A DNA stretch of 55,105 nt, counting the filler, from Catajapyx aquilonaris (Eukaryota): assembly GCA_000934665.2 (NCBI GenBank). It is 3 parts of 3 records of this genome, joined end to end, with 100 filler letters (N's around TTAATTAATTAA, not from the genome) between each part and the next. Parts side by side here need not be neighbours in the genome. Positions count along the whole stretch, not along the records: positions 36,754 to 55,105 come from JYFJ02006734.1; 2 more parts are not named here. One strand, given 5' to 3'. Below are positions 37,050 to 51,057 of this stretch, piece after piece. The first letter of the stretch is position 1, and every line of letters starts with the position of its first letter. The notes under the pieces are model-generated. The model was not told the origin of the DNA and made no database searches. It saw only the letters and a list, made by a program, of their open reading frames with translations. Made by a program: the position numbers and the translations under genes.

Positions 37050-37050
<1 letters not shown>

Positions 37051-37122
<72 letters not shown>
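37051..37122. repeat. (TTA)24 microsatellite
   Basis: Perfect trinucleotide run. It explains the poly-L and poly-I ORFs. Confidence 0.97.
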
Positions 37123-37123
<1 letters not shown>

Positions 37124-38504
37124 GGACGGTTATCTACTGTACAAGCATATTGTGAGCAGTCAAATTGGAAGCGGTATGAGAAAAAAATCGACATGTTTTT
37201 TTGTCGCTGTATAGGTGGGATTTGAAATAGCACAGGGTGGGGCAAAAGTCATGTGCGGATTAAAACAACGCAGCATGGCGTAAGTAACGAAAGATTATAA
37301 TTTTTAAAGACTGTGCAGGAGGTAGTTAGTAAGCCTATACATCATTTTTCAACAATGAACTCTAAGAAAGATGAGAATGAGTAGGACAATTTTGGTGTGT
37401 TTTTCTCACAAGTTGGTTCATTCTTGTTGAATCATAATACATACATTATGGTTCCCACTAATGTAGATAGTGGACGCCATTGCAAGATATCTTTCGTGTG
37501 CCCCCTAAATGGTGTCCCCGTACCCCAGTTCATTTGAAAACCACTGCACTAGAAAAACTCTCGCTTAGGTCACTTTTTTTCTAGGCCTGCTGCCTAATAT
37601 GGTGGTGGAGACCGTAATAAATACACTGTACTCACGGTAATCCTGGCTAATGAACGCAAGGGTGTGTGTAGCAGGATATTAAATCGGAAAACTAGCATTA
37701 TCTGAAAGTGGTCCTAGATACTATATAAAAATGAGCTATTCGCAGGTTTTTAATGTGCTGCTGTACACAGTGTATGCTGCTTTATATGGGGTTTAATCAA
37801 AATGATGACGAAACTTACGATGGAGTAAGTTTGTCTTCTACAGAAAAAGTCTGTCAGATTTCTTCATTTGTGCTATTAACTGTAATTCTGCAGCAAGTAG
37901 CATAATAGTTTCATGGAATTGCAATAGAGCAGGGCTCACACAACTTTTTGATTCGAGAGAGAAGAGGAATTATTATGGAAGAAAAGTCTTGTGGTATTCC
38001 AAGTTGGGTACCAGTACTTACCATTAACATTTGTGTAATAATTACACAACTAGCTCACCTCCCCCACCCACAATATTGCACAACTCAATTACTCTGAATG
38101 TATGCAGAATCTGAATAATTGTTTTAAAACACCTGGGGTAAAATAAAAGTTGTCTATTAGCAAGCCTCGAAGTGGCTAATTACAACATAATTATGACTGG
38201 GGAGTAATTGCAATACACTTGTATATACACTTGCAAGGAAAAGCAGGAGACAAAATTCTAATAATTGTGCATTAATTGTAAATCATGCCAACATACGAAT
38301 TGAAACTTATTTCTTCCATAAGCTGACTTGCAAATTGTTCAGAGTAGGTGTGATGAGTGATGACTTTCCAAGAAAATCGAAACACTTGACACCTCGTACC
38401 ATGTATTTTGTGGTCACATTTATATAAATAAAACTAAAATATTAAAATAATTTAGTCTGTCATTATATACTGTAGTTTAAGTTTGTGAAAGCATTTAAAT
38501 CACA

Positions 38505-38690
38505 ATAGGACATCCTATGAATGTCTGACCGATCAAACTCCACATCCAGGGGGCATCCGGATTATGTCCCATGGATATCCTATGGATGCCCAAATGTCAC
38601 AGGTTTGGATGCTTGAAGGACATCCATGCTCGACATCCCATAACAATCCAGCCTGGATGTCTCATGGCATTTCTTGGACGCCCCAAGTGA
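38505..38690. repeat. GGACATCC/GGATGTCC-rich degenerate repeat, probable DNA-transposon subterminal remnant
   Basis: Repeated GGACATCC, GGATATCC, GGATGCCC, GGATGTC units in both orientations. Confidence 0.45.
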
Positions 38691-40232
38691 CCTCCTTGTG
38701 TCATCATCGGAGTTTACGTCAGCCACGGCCATGCATCTTGTGGGTCCCTCTGCTGTTTGGCCCATCCCTATTAGCTGATGATCTGCCATTGGACACTGCA
38801 GGAGGAGGAGAGAGAGACGAAATCACCTGGTGGGCAGTCTGGATCCCTCGGAGGCAGCCATTGAGGTCTGCAGATGGAATCCAGCCATGCCAATAGCGTG
38901 TCTTCAAGGAGTAGAGGCGGTGGGAAGAGCTGGGGTCAAAATGCCATGGCAGTGAACAGGGGACGCAATACCAGCAGGAGGTATTAACCTACTGTTCATT
39001 CTGTGGTTGTGGGATTACAGCCGTATTCTATGGTCAATTAAATAATAAATTGTATGGTGCAATCTGACAACATGGTTTCAACTCGTATTCTCAGGGGGTC
39101 GGTGAAATGAGCAACACTGCAAGACACGAGGGATGCCAGCCATTCATCGTCGATGTACGTTCCAGTCAACCTGCAGATCACGAGAACTTGCAACATGTGG
39201 AGAACGAGGATGCTGCCAAGTTACAGTAGACTGAAATCTGCTGAACGCACCTCTGGAACCTCACACTTTCCAAGTTTCCATGGAAATGCCTTCAATGCAA
39301 TAATAGGAGTAAACGTCAATGATAGTATAACACTGTTTATTCCTATTGTTGTGTGAAGTGCATAGCCATAAAAAAAAGGAAGACTGGAAGGTTCCAGAGG
39401 TACGTACGTTTGGCAGAATTCCATTGCCCATAACTTGGAAGGTGAAACTGTTATGTCACAGTCAACATGTTAGGCTTGGTGCCCTACACAGTATTTGACT
39501 AGACATTTAGTTAAAATTCAGTGTGTAATTCACAAATGTGCGGCACAAAATTAGGTCTATAAAAAAACTAGTTGAAGACGTCGGGGGAACAATGATCAAG
39601 GTCCACTTCTTCTCAAAAATGAGCTACTTACCTCAGAAGATAGTTTCAATAGTGTAATAATATGATGGTTTGGTTGTGTTTGTGGAAGGCCCCGAAAGTG
39701 GGATTTACAATAGAACCTTACGGGTCTTCAAAATTTGACTCCATCCGTTGCAAGGTCATCTCATTGGTCGTTCCTGTGAAGATAACGTTGCATCGAAAGG
39801 ATGCATTTGCAAATAACCTATTACAGAAAGTATGAAGAGTTGGAGAAATGTTAAAAGTATTCTGCGATGCATTAATTGGCAAAACACAAGCATGAATTTA
39901 AAATGGTGTCAATTAAAGTCACCCCAACACCACCAAATTAAGCATAACACCTTGCACGTCAAGCTGCAAAAAAAAAAAAAAAGACATCAATCACACTAAA
40001 ATTTCATTAGTACTAAACCATGACAGTGCAATGAGCAATTGCAGCATGTCGATCTAATTTTGGTGTGATTAGTCACCCTAGACTACCCTTATCACTGATA
40101 AGTTTTGGTTAATCAGTCAAACACATGTGATTTTACATACATTTTGCAATCTCACCAGACGCCTGTTCTGTGCGTACATTCTTGTTACCTGCAGCAACTA
40201 GTGTTGTGATGTTCAACAATTAATCAAGCAAT

Positions 40233-41347
40233 ATGATCGCAGGTGAGAAAGAACATGTGTTGGCAATTACAGTGAACAATGCGGAGGAACAACTGGAGGA
40301 CACTGAGAGCACCTGCAGTAAAATGGTCCAGATCGACATGCCACTGCCTCCGTCTGAAAATGACAACAGAGAGCCGCAACTTCCCACGGAACTGGGCAAG
40401 ACAGTGTTGGCCTTCATGTTCCTCTTTGCTTGTTGGATCATGACCACCATGTCGCTTGCACTGGTGCACGAGCGTGTCCCAGATCGTGAAATGTATTTGA
40501 GCGATGCCGTACTTGATGCTGTTGGAAACGGATACGACTATGCCCTTTACATCTCCGAGGTGATCATCATCATCATGTGTAACACGACTCTGGTGGTCAT
40601 GCTGCTTCATCGCCATCGGACCATAGTGCTGCGACGCATATGCCTGATCCTAGGCATCCTCTACCTGATGCGCTCAATCACAATGTACGTCACGGTGCTG
40701 CCAGTTTCAAACCCGAATTACTACTGCTCGCCCAAACTGAACGAGACCAACTCCCTCATAATAATGAAACGGGTGGCCAATTTGATATCGGGAATGGGGC
40801 TAAGCATTAACGGACAGCATATATACTGCGGCGACTACATGTACAGCGGACACACAGTAATGTTGGTCACAGCCTCACTCACCATACAAGAGTGTGAGTG
40901 AACGATTAATTAATTATTAAACGATTGATAATAACTGATTGTTGTGGCTTACAGATTCTCCCATACGCATGTACGTGCTTCACTGGATATCGTGGCTGGC
41001 AACTGTGTGTGGCATAGTGGGGATGTTGCTGGCCAAGGGTCACTACACAGTGGACATCATCGTTGCATACTGGCTCACCACCATGGTTTTCTGGGCATAC
41101 CACACCCTGGCCAACAATCTTCAGCTCAAGGTGAGCAAGCGCTGTAACTTCCACGAACAGTACTGTAAGTAGCCTACGAAAATCATTTCAGAAAACTGGT
41201 CCTACAAACTACCTGGCTCGTGTGTGGTGGTTCCCACTCTTCCGATACTTTGAGAAAAATGTGGAAGTAGTGGTGCCAAGGAAGTACGTCTGGCCGTTTT
41301 CATCTTGCCGGACCAGGAGAACTGAAAATGCACCTACTCGAGTTTAA
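40233..41347 (+). CDS. SGMS: Sphingomyelin synthase family protein (SMS1/2-like, no SAM domain seen), 330 aa
   Basis: Exons 40233-40893, 40955-41130, 41192-41347 (993 nt). Motifs VHERVP, LMRSITMYVTVLP, CSPK, CGDYMYSGHT, HYTVD, VWWFPLFRYFEKNV. Start codon uncertain. Confidence 0.93.
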
Positions 41348-41620
41348 GTGCCTTGCATTATCATTTACTGAGCAGCGATAAATGCAAGATTGTCCGTTAA
41401 AAGTTCTTGCAAATGAATACGGCTCATTATCGGCAAGACTTTATTAACTTACTGGGGGGGGGGNGGGGGGGGGAAAAACATGTGAGATATGTTATGTGAC
41501 AATATTCTTGAAAGTGAGTAACATTCATTTCATAATAAATCCACCCATCCATCCACACACAGAACAATGAAATTACGACACTCACTGACCGCCCTTTTAA
41601 AACACGGTAACTCCTGTCCT

Positions 41621-43547
<1,927 letters not shown>

Positions 43548-43942
43548 CGCTTATTGTCTAGTACAGTACAAGGTCCCCCAATGTGGTGATGATGATAATA
43601 ATTACAACTAGTGCACTCCCTGTATGACTCTTTAACTGTAGGAACTTCTTATTATTTTTGGTTGTGTTGTTGTGCCTCTTTGCCCCCCTTCGATTCCAGT
43701 CCTGTGGCTATAGTTCCGTCCCGATTTCTCTTCAAAAGTGCGTAGAACGCCATTCGTGGGCGGCCATCATGTCACGTTCGCCACATTATCGATGCGGAGG
43801 ATCAGAATCGATGTATCGATATAAAGGGTCGAATAAAATGGTGAAAAAAACTATTTAAAAAAATAATATTGTAAACACTAAAACTAGTAGCGGACCCGTT
43901 GCCAAATTTTAACAACACTGCTTGGCCCGCTTGGACGTAGTA

Positions 43943-44261
43943 AATAATAAATAATAATAATTTGTACCCCGTGCTATAGAGCCATGGTCCCTCTTAGGGG
44001 GGTGGGATACCACCATATTTTTTAAATATCTGGAACTTTTGCTTTCGTTTTTACTTCTCGTACATGGGGATGGGATAGGGACGGAAGGAAGCGGCTGTGG
44101 CCTATAATTACAGACACGACCCCGGAATTTTCCTGGTGAGACCATGGGAAAAACCACAGAAAACCACGGTCAGGGTCGCGGCGGCCACTACCGGGATTCG
44201 AACCCAGGACCTCCCGATTAGCAGTCGGATACCATATCCCCTCCGCTACCACTGCTTCGGT
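43943..44261 (-). mobile_element. Full-length tRNA-derived SINE
   Basis: 14-bp TSD GCTTGGACGTAGTA (43929-43942, 44262-44275). Head with GACTGCTAATC loop and B box GGTTCGAATCCC, core GGTTTTCTGTGGTTTTTCCC..TAGGCCACAGCCGCTTCCTTCC, (TTA)n tail. Confidence 0.9.
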
Positions 44262-44710
44262 GCTTGGACGTAGTACGATAGGCCACTACCTGTTGGCGCA
44301 CACTCCTGCCACTCTCAGGTCGAAATAGTAGCCAGTAGGTACGACATGCACGTTGGTGATGAATTCGAAGCAATATTCCTGCAACAGCATCTAAGTTACA
44401 GTACATTCTACAGGAATACACAGGAAATCAGTATAATTATACACAGTGTATTACTTTTCTCAATAAAAATTTAGGAAGTATATAAAAATGTGTGTCTTTG
44501 AGGCTGCGTGTGCGCCACGGTGTAGCTTATTGTAGAAGATAACGTTTGGGAAGAGGTCTGCGCCACTTTACGAACACAATGCATGCAAATTCGCACATAA
44601 TAATGAACACACACGACGACCTCGTGGCTGGAAATGTGCGAATAAATTATTTAACAGCTGCGCGTGTGGCGTAGTGATGACACAATTTTTTGGGGGGGTC
44701 AAAGTACAAG

Positions 44711-45703
44711 ATGAGGAGGAATAAGCGGAATGTTCTCGTAGTGTTGCTGGTTGTGCTTTGTGTCAATGTGTACGTGGCGTTATTTAGCGAGACCCTATTC
44801 GGATTTCGGTGCAATCCGGATGCTGTGACGGCCGGAACATTGCTGGTCGAAAAGCGTGGTCGGCTTGGAAATTTAATGATACAATACGCCTGTGTGTGGT
44901 CCATGTCGAGAAAATTCGGGCTTCATGGTTCATTGTTTCCCCACATGAGAAAGAAGCTGACGGAGGTGTTTGACGGACTGTCCCTGAACCAGACCAGTGT
45001 GTGTTCGGACAACTTGTCCAAAGTGGACATCAAAGAGTTTCTGGCCAATTCGGACAAGTATGTGCAGGAGGTGCGCGAAAAAGGTGTTTTCTTGCCTGGA
45101 TACCCACAAGAAATATCGTTGTTTCATCAGTACCGGAGTGAATTAATAAAGGAATTTCGGTTCAGGTAAGTCACGCACTGTTCATTGAAGAGTATGACCT
45201 GACATATTCAAATTTGCAGGCCCGACTTATCCGAAGCGTCTCAGTCGATCCTGCGTGGTCTGGGACGTGACGGAACATACGTCGGCGTACACATACGTCG
45301 AACAGACTATGCACACCACATGAACTGGCAATGCAAAGGAAAGCTGATCAGAAAAAAATATTTTCATAAGGCTATGGCATTAATGCGACGGAAATTTAGG
45401 AACGTCACCTTCGTAGTCACTAGTGACGACAGGGATTGGGCAGAGGAGAATGTGATCAAGCCAAACTCTAACGACACTTTTTGGGTGGGCATCAATGAGG
45501 ACCGTCGCGAACAGGACTTGAGTACATTGGCTTCATGCAATCACTCCATCATTTCCCTGGGTACTTTTGGCTTCTGGGCTGCTTATCTGGCTGGTGGTGT
45601 GACCATCTTGCCTGATAAATTCTCGTTGAAGCCATACCCTCTGTGGGAAGAAGTCCGAATGTCGAAGATACCAAGATGGATCTTTCTGGACGTAAATCGC
45701 TGA
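44711..45703 (+). CDS. Alpha-1,2-fucosyltransferase (GT11, FUT1/FUT2-like), copy 1, 312 aa
   Basis: Exons 44711-45165 and 45220-45703. N-terminal TM segment. Motifs GRLGNLMIQYA, VGVHIRRTDY, FVVTSDD, HSIISLGTFGFWAAYLAGG. Confidence 0.93.
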
Positions 45704-46326
45704 TGAATGAGAATAATAGAGAAAAAAAAACGTACTTTGATGTGAACTATTATGATTGAGCTTTGAAACGACTCTTACAATGTTTGTGATAAGAAAATGT
45801 ACAATTACGAAGCGTAAATAAATAATATACTTAATCTGGACTTTATTGCATGCTAATATCCACAAGTATTTGATGTGCCCAATAGATTTTGTTTATCATA
45901 CAGTTATCAGTTATTATACAGTTCCTGCTGTACTTCTCCCATTCAGTGTACTGTATAAAAACACATCATTTAAGTGTATGGTATAACCCTGAATGTATTC
46001 AGATTTTTTGGTAATTTGATTTTTTTTTACTGTGAGTTGAAAATGGAGTTTGATAACGTGGACCTAGTTTTAACGCAGGTTTAAAATACACTGAAGAACA
46101 TATCATTTTCACATAAGTAGGACACATTATAATAATAAAAACATAAAATAGGGTGGTTTGGTACTTATGACAGTCAAATACATAATTGCTGCACGTATTT
46201 ATGTTACACGGCCCAAAAGTTGAGTAGACCCTTTTTGATCTGAGACCCCTCAATTATGCATGTCAGTGTTGATGACTTTCAACAACGTCAAGAAACAATG
46301 AATTATGTAAGTGCAGCGTACTGTAC

Positions 46327-46660
46327 GACCATCGTGCCTGATAAATTCTGTCTGGAGCCATACCCGCCACAGGGGAAGAAATCCGGGCTGCTATAATATA
46401 TCCGGATGGATCTTCTTGGACGTGAATGAATAATTTTATTTTGTGTTTGTGTTATAGCTCATTATGCATCAGAGTGACTTTACTTTCATGTAAGCTTACA
46501 ACATGTGAATCTTCAGAGAGTCGTTGATACTATTAAGCATAAAGAGTGTTTAATAGCGAATATGGGATGAATTCCTGGATAGACTTATTAGAGGATCATT
46601 ATGCAGGAAAAACCACAGGACACTTACACAATATTATGATCCTCTGATACACAGGAGTTC
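46327..46660 (+). pseudogene. Frameshifted 3' fragment of a fourth GT11 gene plus 3'UTR homology
   Basis: TIVPDKFCLEPYP..GWIFLDVNE*. Downstream sequence resembles 49733-49920. Confidence 0.8.
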
Positions 46661-47158
46661 TCTACAACGTAGTCTGCTGTTAATTTGAATCCTTACGACT
46701 TTATTTATTCGGATTATTCTGGATTATTCCTAACCCAAGTCAGTGATTGTGCAATATTTTTACTTAGACCAATAATCCTAATATGTGACAAAAGATTAAC
46801 ATTGAAATACTGTGCCATATCCAATCGTAACGGTTGCCAAATGTTCACTGCGACTGTGATTAAATACAGCGAACCAAATCCAGAGTCTGACTCCATTATG
46901 CTCAAGCATATATATCATGTAGGCCTACTGTACAATACCCAACCGTTGAATCACACACCTGCTACTATACTTTTGAAGCACAAGCAGATGCAAATAACTC
47001 ATCCCAAATGAGGCACTTATGACAGATACCTTCTCATGGAAGAATATAACATCAGAAAAAGAAAATGTGCGAGCGAATTATGCAACATGTAACGCATGTA
47101 TCGTCCTGCACAGCTTGCTATCCAATAACATATTTTCACTGCAGAAAGTGCGCCGAAC

Positions 47159-48160
47159 ATGATCTGCAAACGGCAGGCATGCATTTTGCTCGTGTTGCTG
47201 TGTCTTAACCTGTACGGACTATTGGTATTCTTCAGACTGGATCCGCCGCCGGGTGCGCTTCCCGAACTACATGTCAACTCTTCCGGAATCATAATGGTTG
47301 AAAGACTAGGTCGTCTGGGCAACCTGATGTGTCAGTACGCATCTCTGTGGGCGCTGGCCAAAAAGTTTGGATTGGACGGTGCCGTCATGTACCCTGACAT
47401 GAGGGACAAGTTGGCTCATGTGTTTCCAGGACTGTCCATCAACAAAACCAGAGACACACTAGACAATTTGAGGGCAGTTGACATCAAGGAATGTCTTCAT
47501 AATCTGGAGTTGTGTGTACAGACGGTGAAGGCAACAGGGGTTTTACTGTTCGGATTCCCCCAAGAAGTACCATTGCTGCATCAATACCGCAGTGAGATTA
47601 TGAAAGAGTTCCAGTTCAGGTAAGTGCAACGTCGTCCGATGCAATTGCACCTGTTGACATCTTTGTTTAATTGCAGGCCCAAATTATCGGACGCATCTCA
47701 GTCGATCCTGCGTGGTCTGGGACGCAACGGAACATACGTGGGTGTGCACATACGTCGAACCGACTATGCAGAACACCTGGAGTGGCAATGCAAAGGAAAG
47801 CTGATCGACGACACATACTTTCACAAAGCAATGGCTTTAATGAGGAAGCTTCTGTTTGGTGAAGACCTCACCTTCGCAGTGACTAGTGACGACAAAGAGT
47901 GGGCTAAACGGAATGTGATCGAGCCAAATTCAAACGACACCTTTTGGGTTGGAGATGCAGACGAGAACATGGACTTTTCGACTCTTGCCTTATGCAATCA
48001 CTCCATCATTTCTGTGGGTACTTTTGGCTTCTGGTCTGCCTATCTGGCAGGAGGTATGACCATCCTGCCTGACAAATTCTCACAAAAACCTTACCCTCTC
48101 AGTGAAGATATCCGGGCGGCTAATATAACCGGATGGATCTTCTTGGACGTAAACGGGTGA
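47159..48160 (+). CDS. Alpha-1,2-fucosyltransferase (GT11), copy 2, 314 aa
   Basis: Exons 47159-47619 and 47677-48160. Motifs GRLGNLMCQYA, VGVHIRRTDY, HSIISVGTFGFWSAYLAGG. Confidence 0.93.
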
Positions 48161-48431
48161 TGGTTCGGTTGTGTTGGTGATACGAGTCTTTCCCATCACG
48201 TGTATTGTGCGCACATAAAAAAAGTTCAAACAACTATGCTTACTCGTATCACCGACTTTTAAGTCCTTCTGCTTGAAGAAATATTAGCAACCCTTTTGTT
48301 AACCCAGACAATACAATGTCTGCTTATTTTACAAAGGCGTGAATGACGTAAACTATAGTGCACCATACAATCATGCAGTTTGCTATCGACGAATCTACAC
48401 TGAAGGAACACGTTTGCAAAGGGCTCTGAAG

Positions 48432-49733
48432 ATGAGGAGAGGATATGTGGTGTGCATTTTGTTGGTTGTGTCGTGGCTCATCGTGACCGGAGTGATGATT
48501 TTCTTCGGTGAGGACAAGATGGTGTCACAGCCTCAATTCAACGGCTACACTACCACAGAAGCTTTTAGTACATTGTCTTCTAAGGAAGTCGATCGTGAAG
48601 TAAACACGCTCGAAGAAAGGACTTCTGAAGAAAATATTCAGGACGAACAAGAGCATGGCATAACCCCGTCTGACCAAGTCACACCTGAGAATAAAACGTC
48701 CGAAGAAACAAGGTCTGACGAAAACCAGCTTGAAAAATATTTGCCTGACGCAACCCCATCTGACCAAGGAGTATCTGATACAACTTTGTATGAAGATGAT
48801 CCTGACACATCCTGGCCTAGTCCAACAGTTCCTCCTGATGCAGTGAAAAGAGGAACAATAATGGTTCAAAGATGGGGTCGTCTGGGCAACCTGATGTTCC
48901 AATATGCCAGCATGTGGGCCCTGGCCAAAAAGTTCGACCTGCACGGTGCCGTCTTGTTTCCTGACATGAGGGACAAGTTGGTCAACGTGTTTCCAGGGCT
49001 GTCCATTCATGGCAGCAGAGACACAGAGGACGGCTTGATATCAGTTGATATCACAGAGTTTCTTCATAATCCGGACTTGTATGTGCCGATGGCTGAAGAT
49101 CCAGGTGTTTTTCTACCTGGATATCCTGAAGAAGTACCATTGATTCATCAGTACCGCAATGACATTATGAAAGAGTTCCAGTTCAGGTGAGTGAGATGTC
49201 CTCCGATGAAATTACACCTGTTGACATCTTTGTTTAATTGCAGGCCCGACTTATCCGAAGCGTCTCAGTCGATTCTGCGTGATCTGGGACGCAACGGAAC
49301 GTACGTGGGTGTGCACATACGTCGAACAGACTATGCACACCACATAGAGTGGCAATGCAAAGGAAAACTGATCGAGGCTAAGTACTTTCAAGAAGCCATG
49401 TCCATGATGAAACAGATGCTTGGGGTGAACATCACATTCGCCGTGACTAGTGACGACAGGGAGTGGGCAGAGGAGAACGTGATCAAGCCAAACTCTAACG
49501 ACACCTTTTGGGTGGGGGATCCAGATGGTAACCGTCGTGAGCAGGACTTGTGCACCTTGGCCTCCTGCAATCACTCCATCATTTCTTTGGGGACATTCGG
49601 ATTCTGGTCTGCCTACCTGGCAGGAGGTATGACCATCGTGCCTGATAAATTCTGTTTGGAGCCATACCCGCTAGTGGAACATCTCCGGGTAGCTAATATA
49701 TCTGGATGGATCTTCTTGGACGTGAATGAATGA
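48432..49733 (+). CDS. Alpha-1,2-fucosyltransferase (GT11), copy 3, 414 aa, with extended acidic stem
   Basis: Exons 48432-49186 and 49244-49733. Motifs GRLGNLMFQYA, VGVHIRRTDY, HSIISLGTFGFWSAYLAGG. Confidence 0.93.
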
Positions 49734-51057
49734 TGTTAATGGTGTTTAGACAAAAGGAATGACTGTTTTTTTCAAGTGAAACATGTGAACTTTCAGATAG
49801 GAGTTGAGACTGTTAAGCATACAGTGTGTTTTATAACTAATCAAACTTATGTGGTGAATATTATTGGGCACAAGAGGATCATTTCATGAAGAAGTGACCA
49901 TAGGACTTGTATGAACCTTTGGTACCCAGTTTGTTGGAATATTTTTATGACACACCCTATACTTTATATCGTAATGAGCGAGTGGGTCAAACTTTATTTT
50001 ATTCATAACCAATGGCAGCCGTTGTGTAGTCTTATGCTCATTATAGGCCTAACACCTGACAGAAATAAATTTGTTGAAAGATGATCTGTTGGGAAATTTT
50101 AAAATCTCGCCTCATTTTCGCTACACACCAAAAGCGCACCTCTAATGCAAAGCAACATTAATCCCAGACCCATCATGAAATTATTAAAAACCTAAAATGT
50201 GACCTTTATGTAGTACATACTCCATATCGAACAATAATTGTAGATTTTAAGCTTTAATCACTGACGTTCAAATTTTAATGAGGCATCAAAATTTTTGTCG
50301 ATTTCTTAGATGTCATGATCTATGTGTTCAACTATACTTTAAAAATATGGGGGGAGGGATTTAAAAAATATAGGTGCGGGAAATTGCGATCGAAATTTGG
50401 ATGAAGACACAATATGATGGATATGCAAATATTTTTTGCTATATAGTCTGTTATTTTGTTCAGTTTGGGAAGACTGACGCCGACATTGCTGACAATTTTC
50501 AGTCATTGTTGACAAGGTACCAATGCCGACAGTCAGACTATAGCAATATTAATGTCACTGTTAATAATTATTTTTTATTGAAGCATTACAGCAGGCCAAA
50601 TAATCGCCGGCGATATTTCATGTATCTGGTTGATTTACATCACAACAAGTAGCCTTTGTGCAAGCTCTCTTTTGACTGCTGGATACAAAAGGAGAGAACA
50701 CTTTGCGAGTCCGTTATGCACGAGAATGTGTACAGTGCACCATACATTAAGTTCGTTGTCGAATAATTTCCACTGAAGGAACACGTATTCAGAGTTGTCT
50801 TAAGGTGAGAAAAAATAAGTTCAATTCTAGATATGTTTAAGTCACTAATTCACTATCACTGAAACCCCAAAAGAGAGGTCCGATTCGACTGGCGGACAAC
50901 AACCTCTGGAAAGTGTGTGTGATGACAATCATATTACAGAAATCTCTAACCATAATGGACACTTCCATTATTGCTATACATACTGTTTAATGCACGGTTA
51001 AGTATTTTTCTAAAAATTTTAAACCCTTGCTTTATTTTTAAATTTCAGGTGTTAAAT

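Noticed and set aside
36910..37214. Poly-Leu and poly-Ile ORFs resembling a signal or TM peptide
   Set aside because: Translations of the (TTA)24 microsatellite.
38894..38914. Stop-codon readthrough linking the upstream ORF to SMS
   Set aside because: A second in-frame TAG follows five codons later, and the downstream leader exons are not in frame with SMS.
44180..44261. tRNA gene candidates (also 30616-30674 and ~3470-3520)
   Set aside because: No proper acceptor stem. The 44-kb copy has a SINE body, tail and TSD, and the others are fragments.
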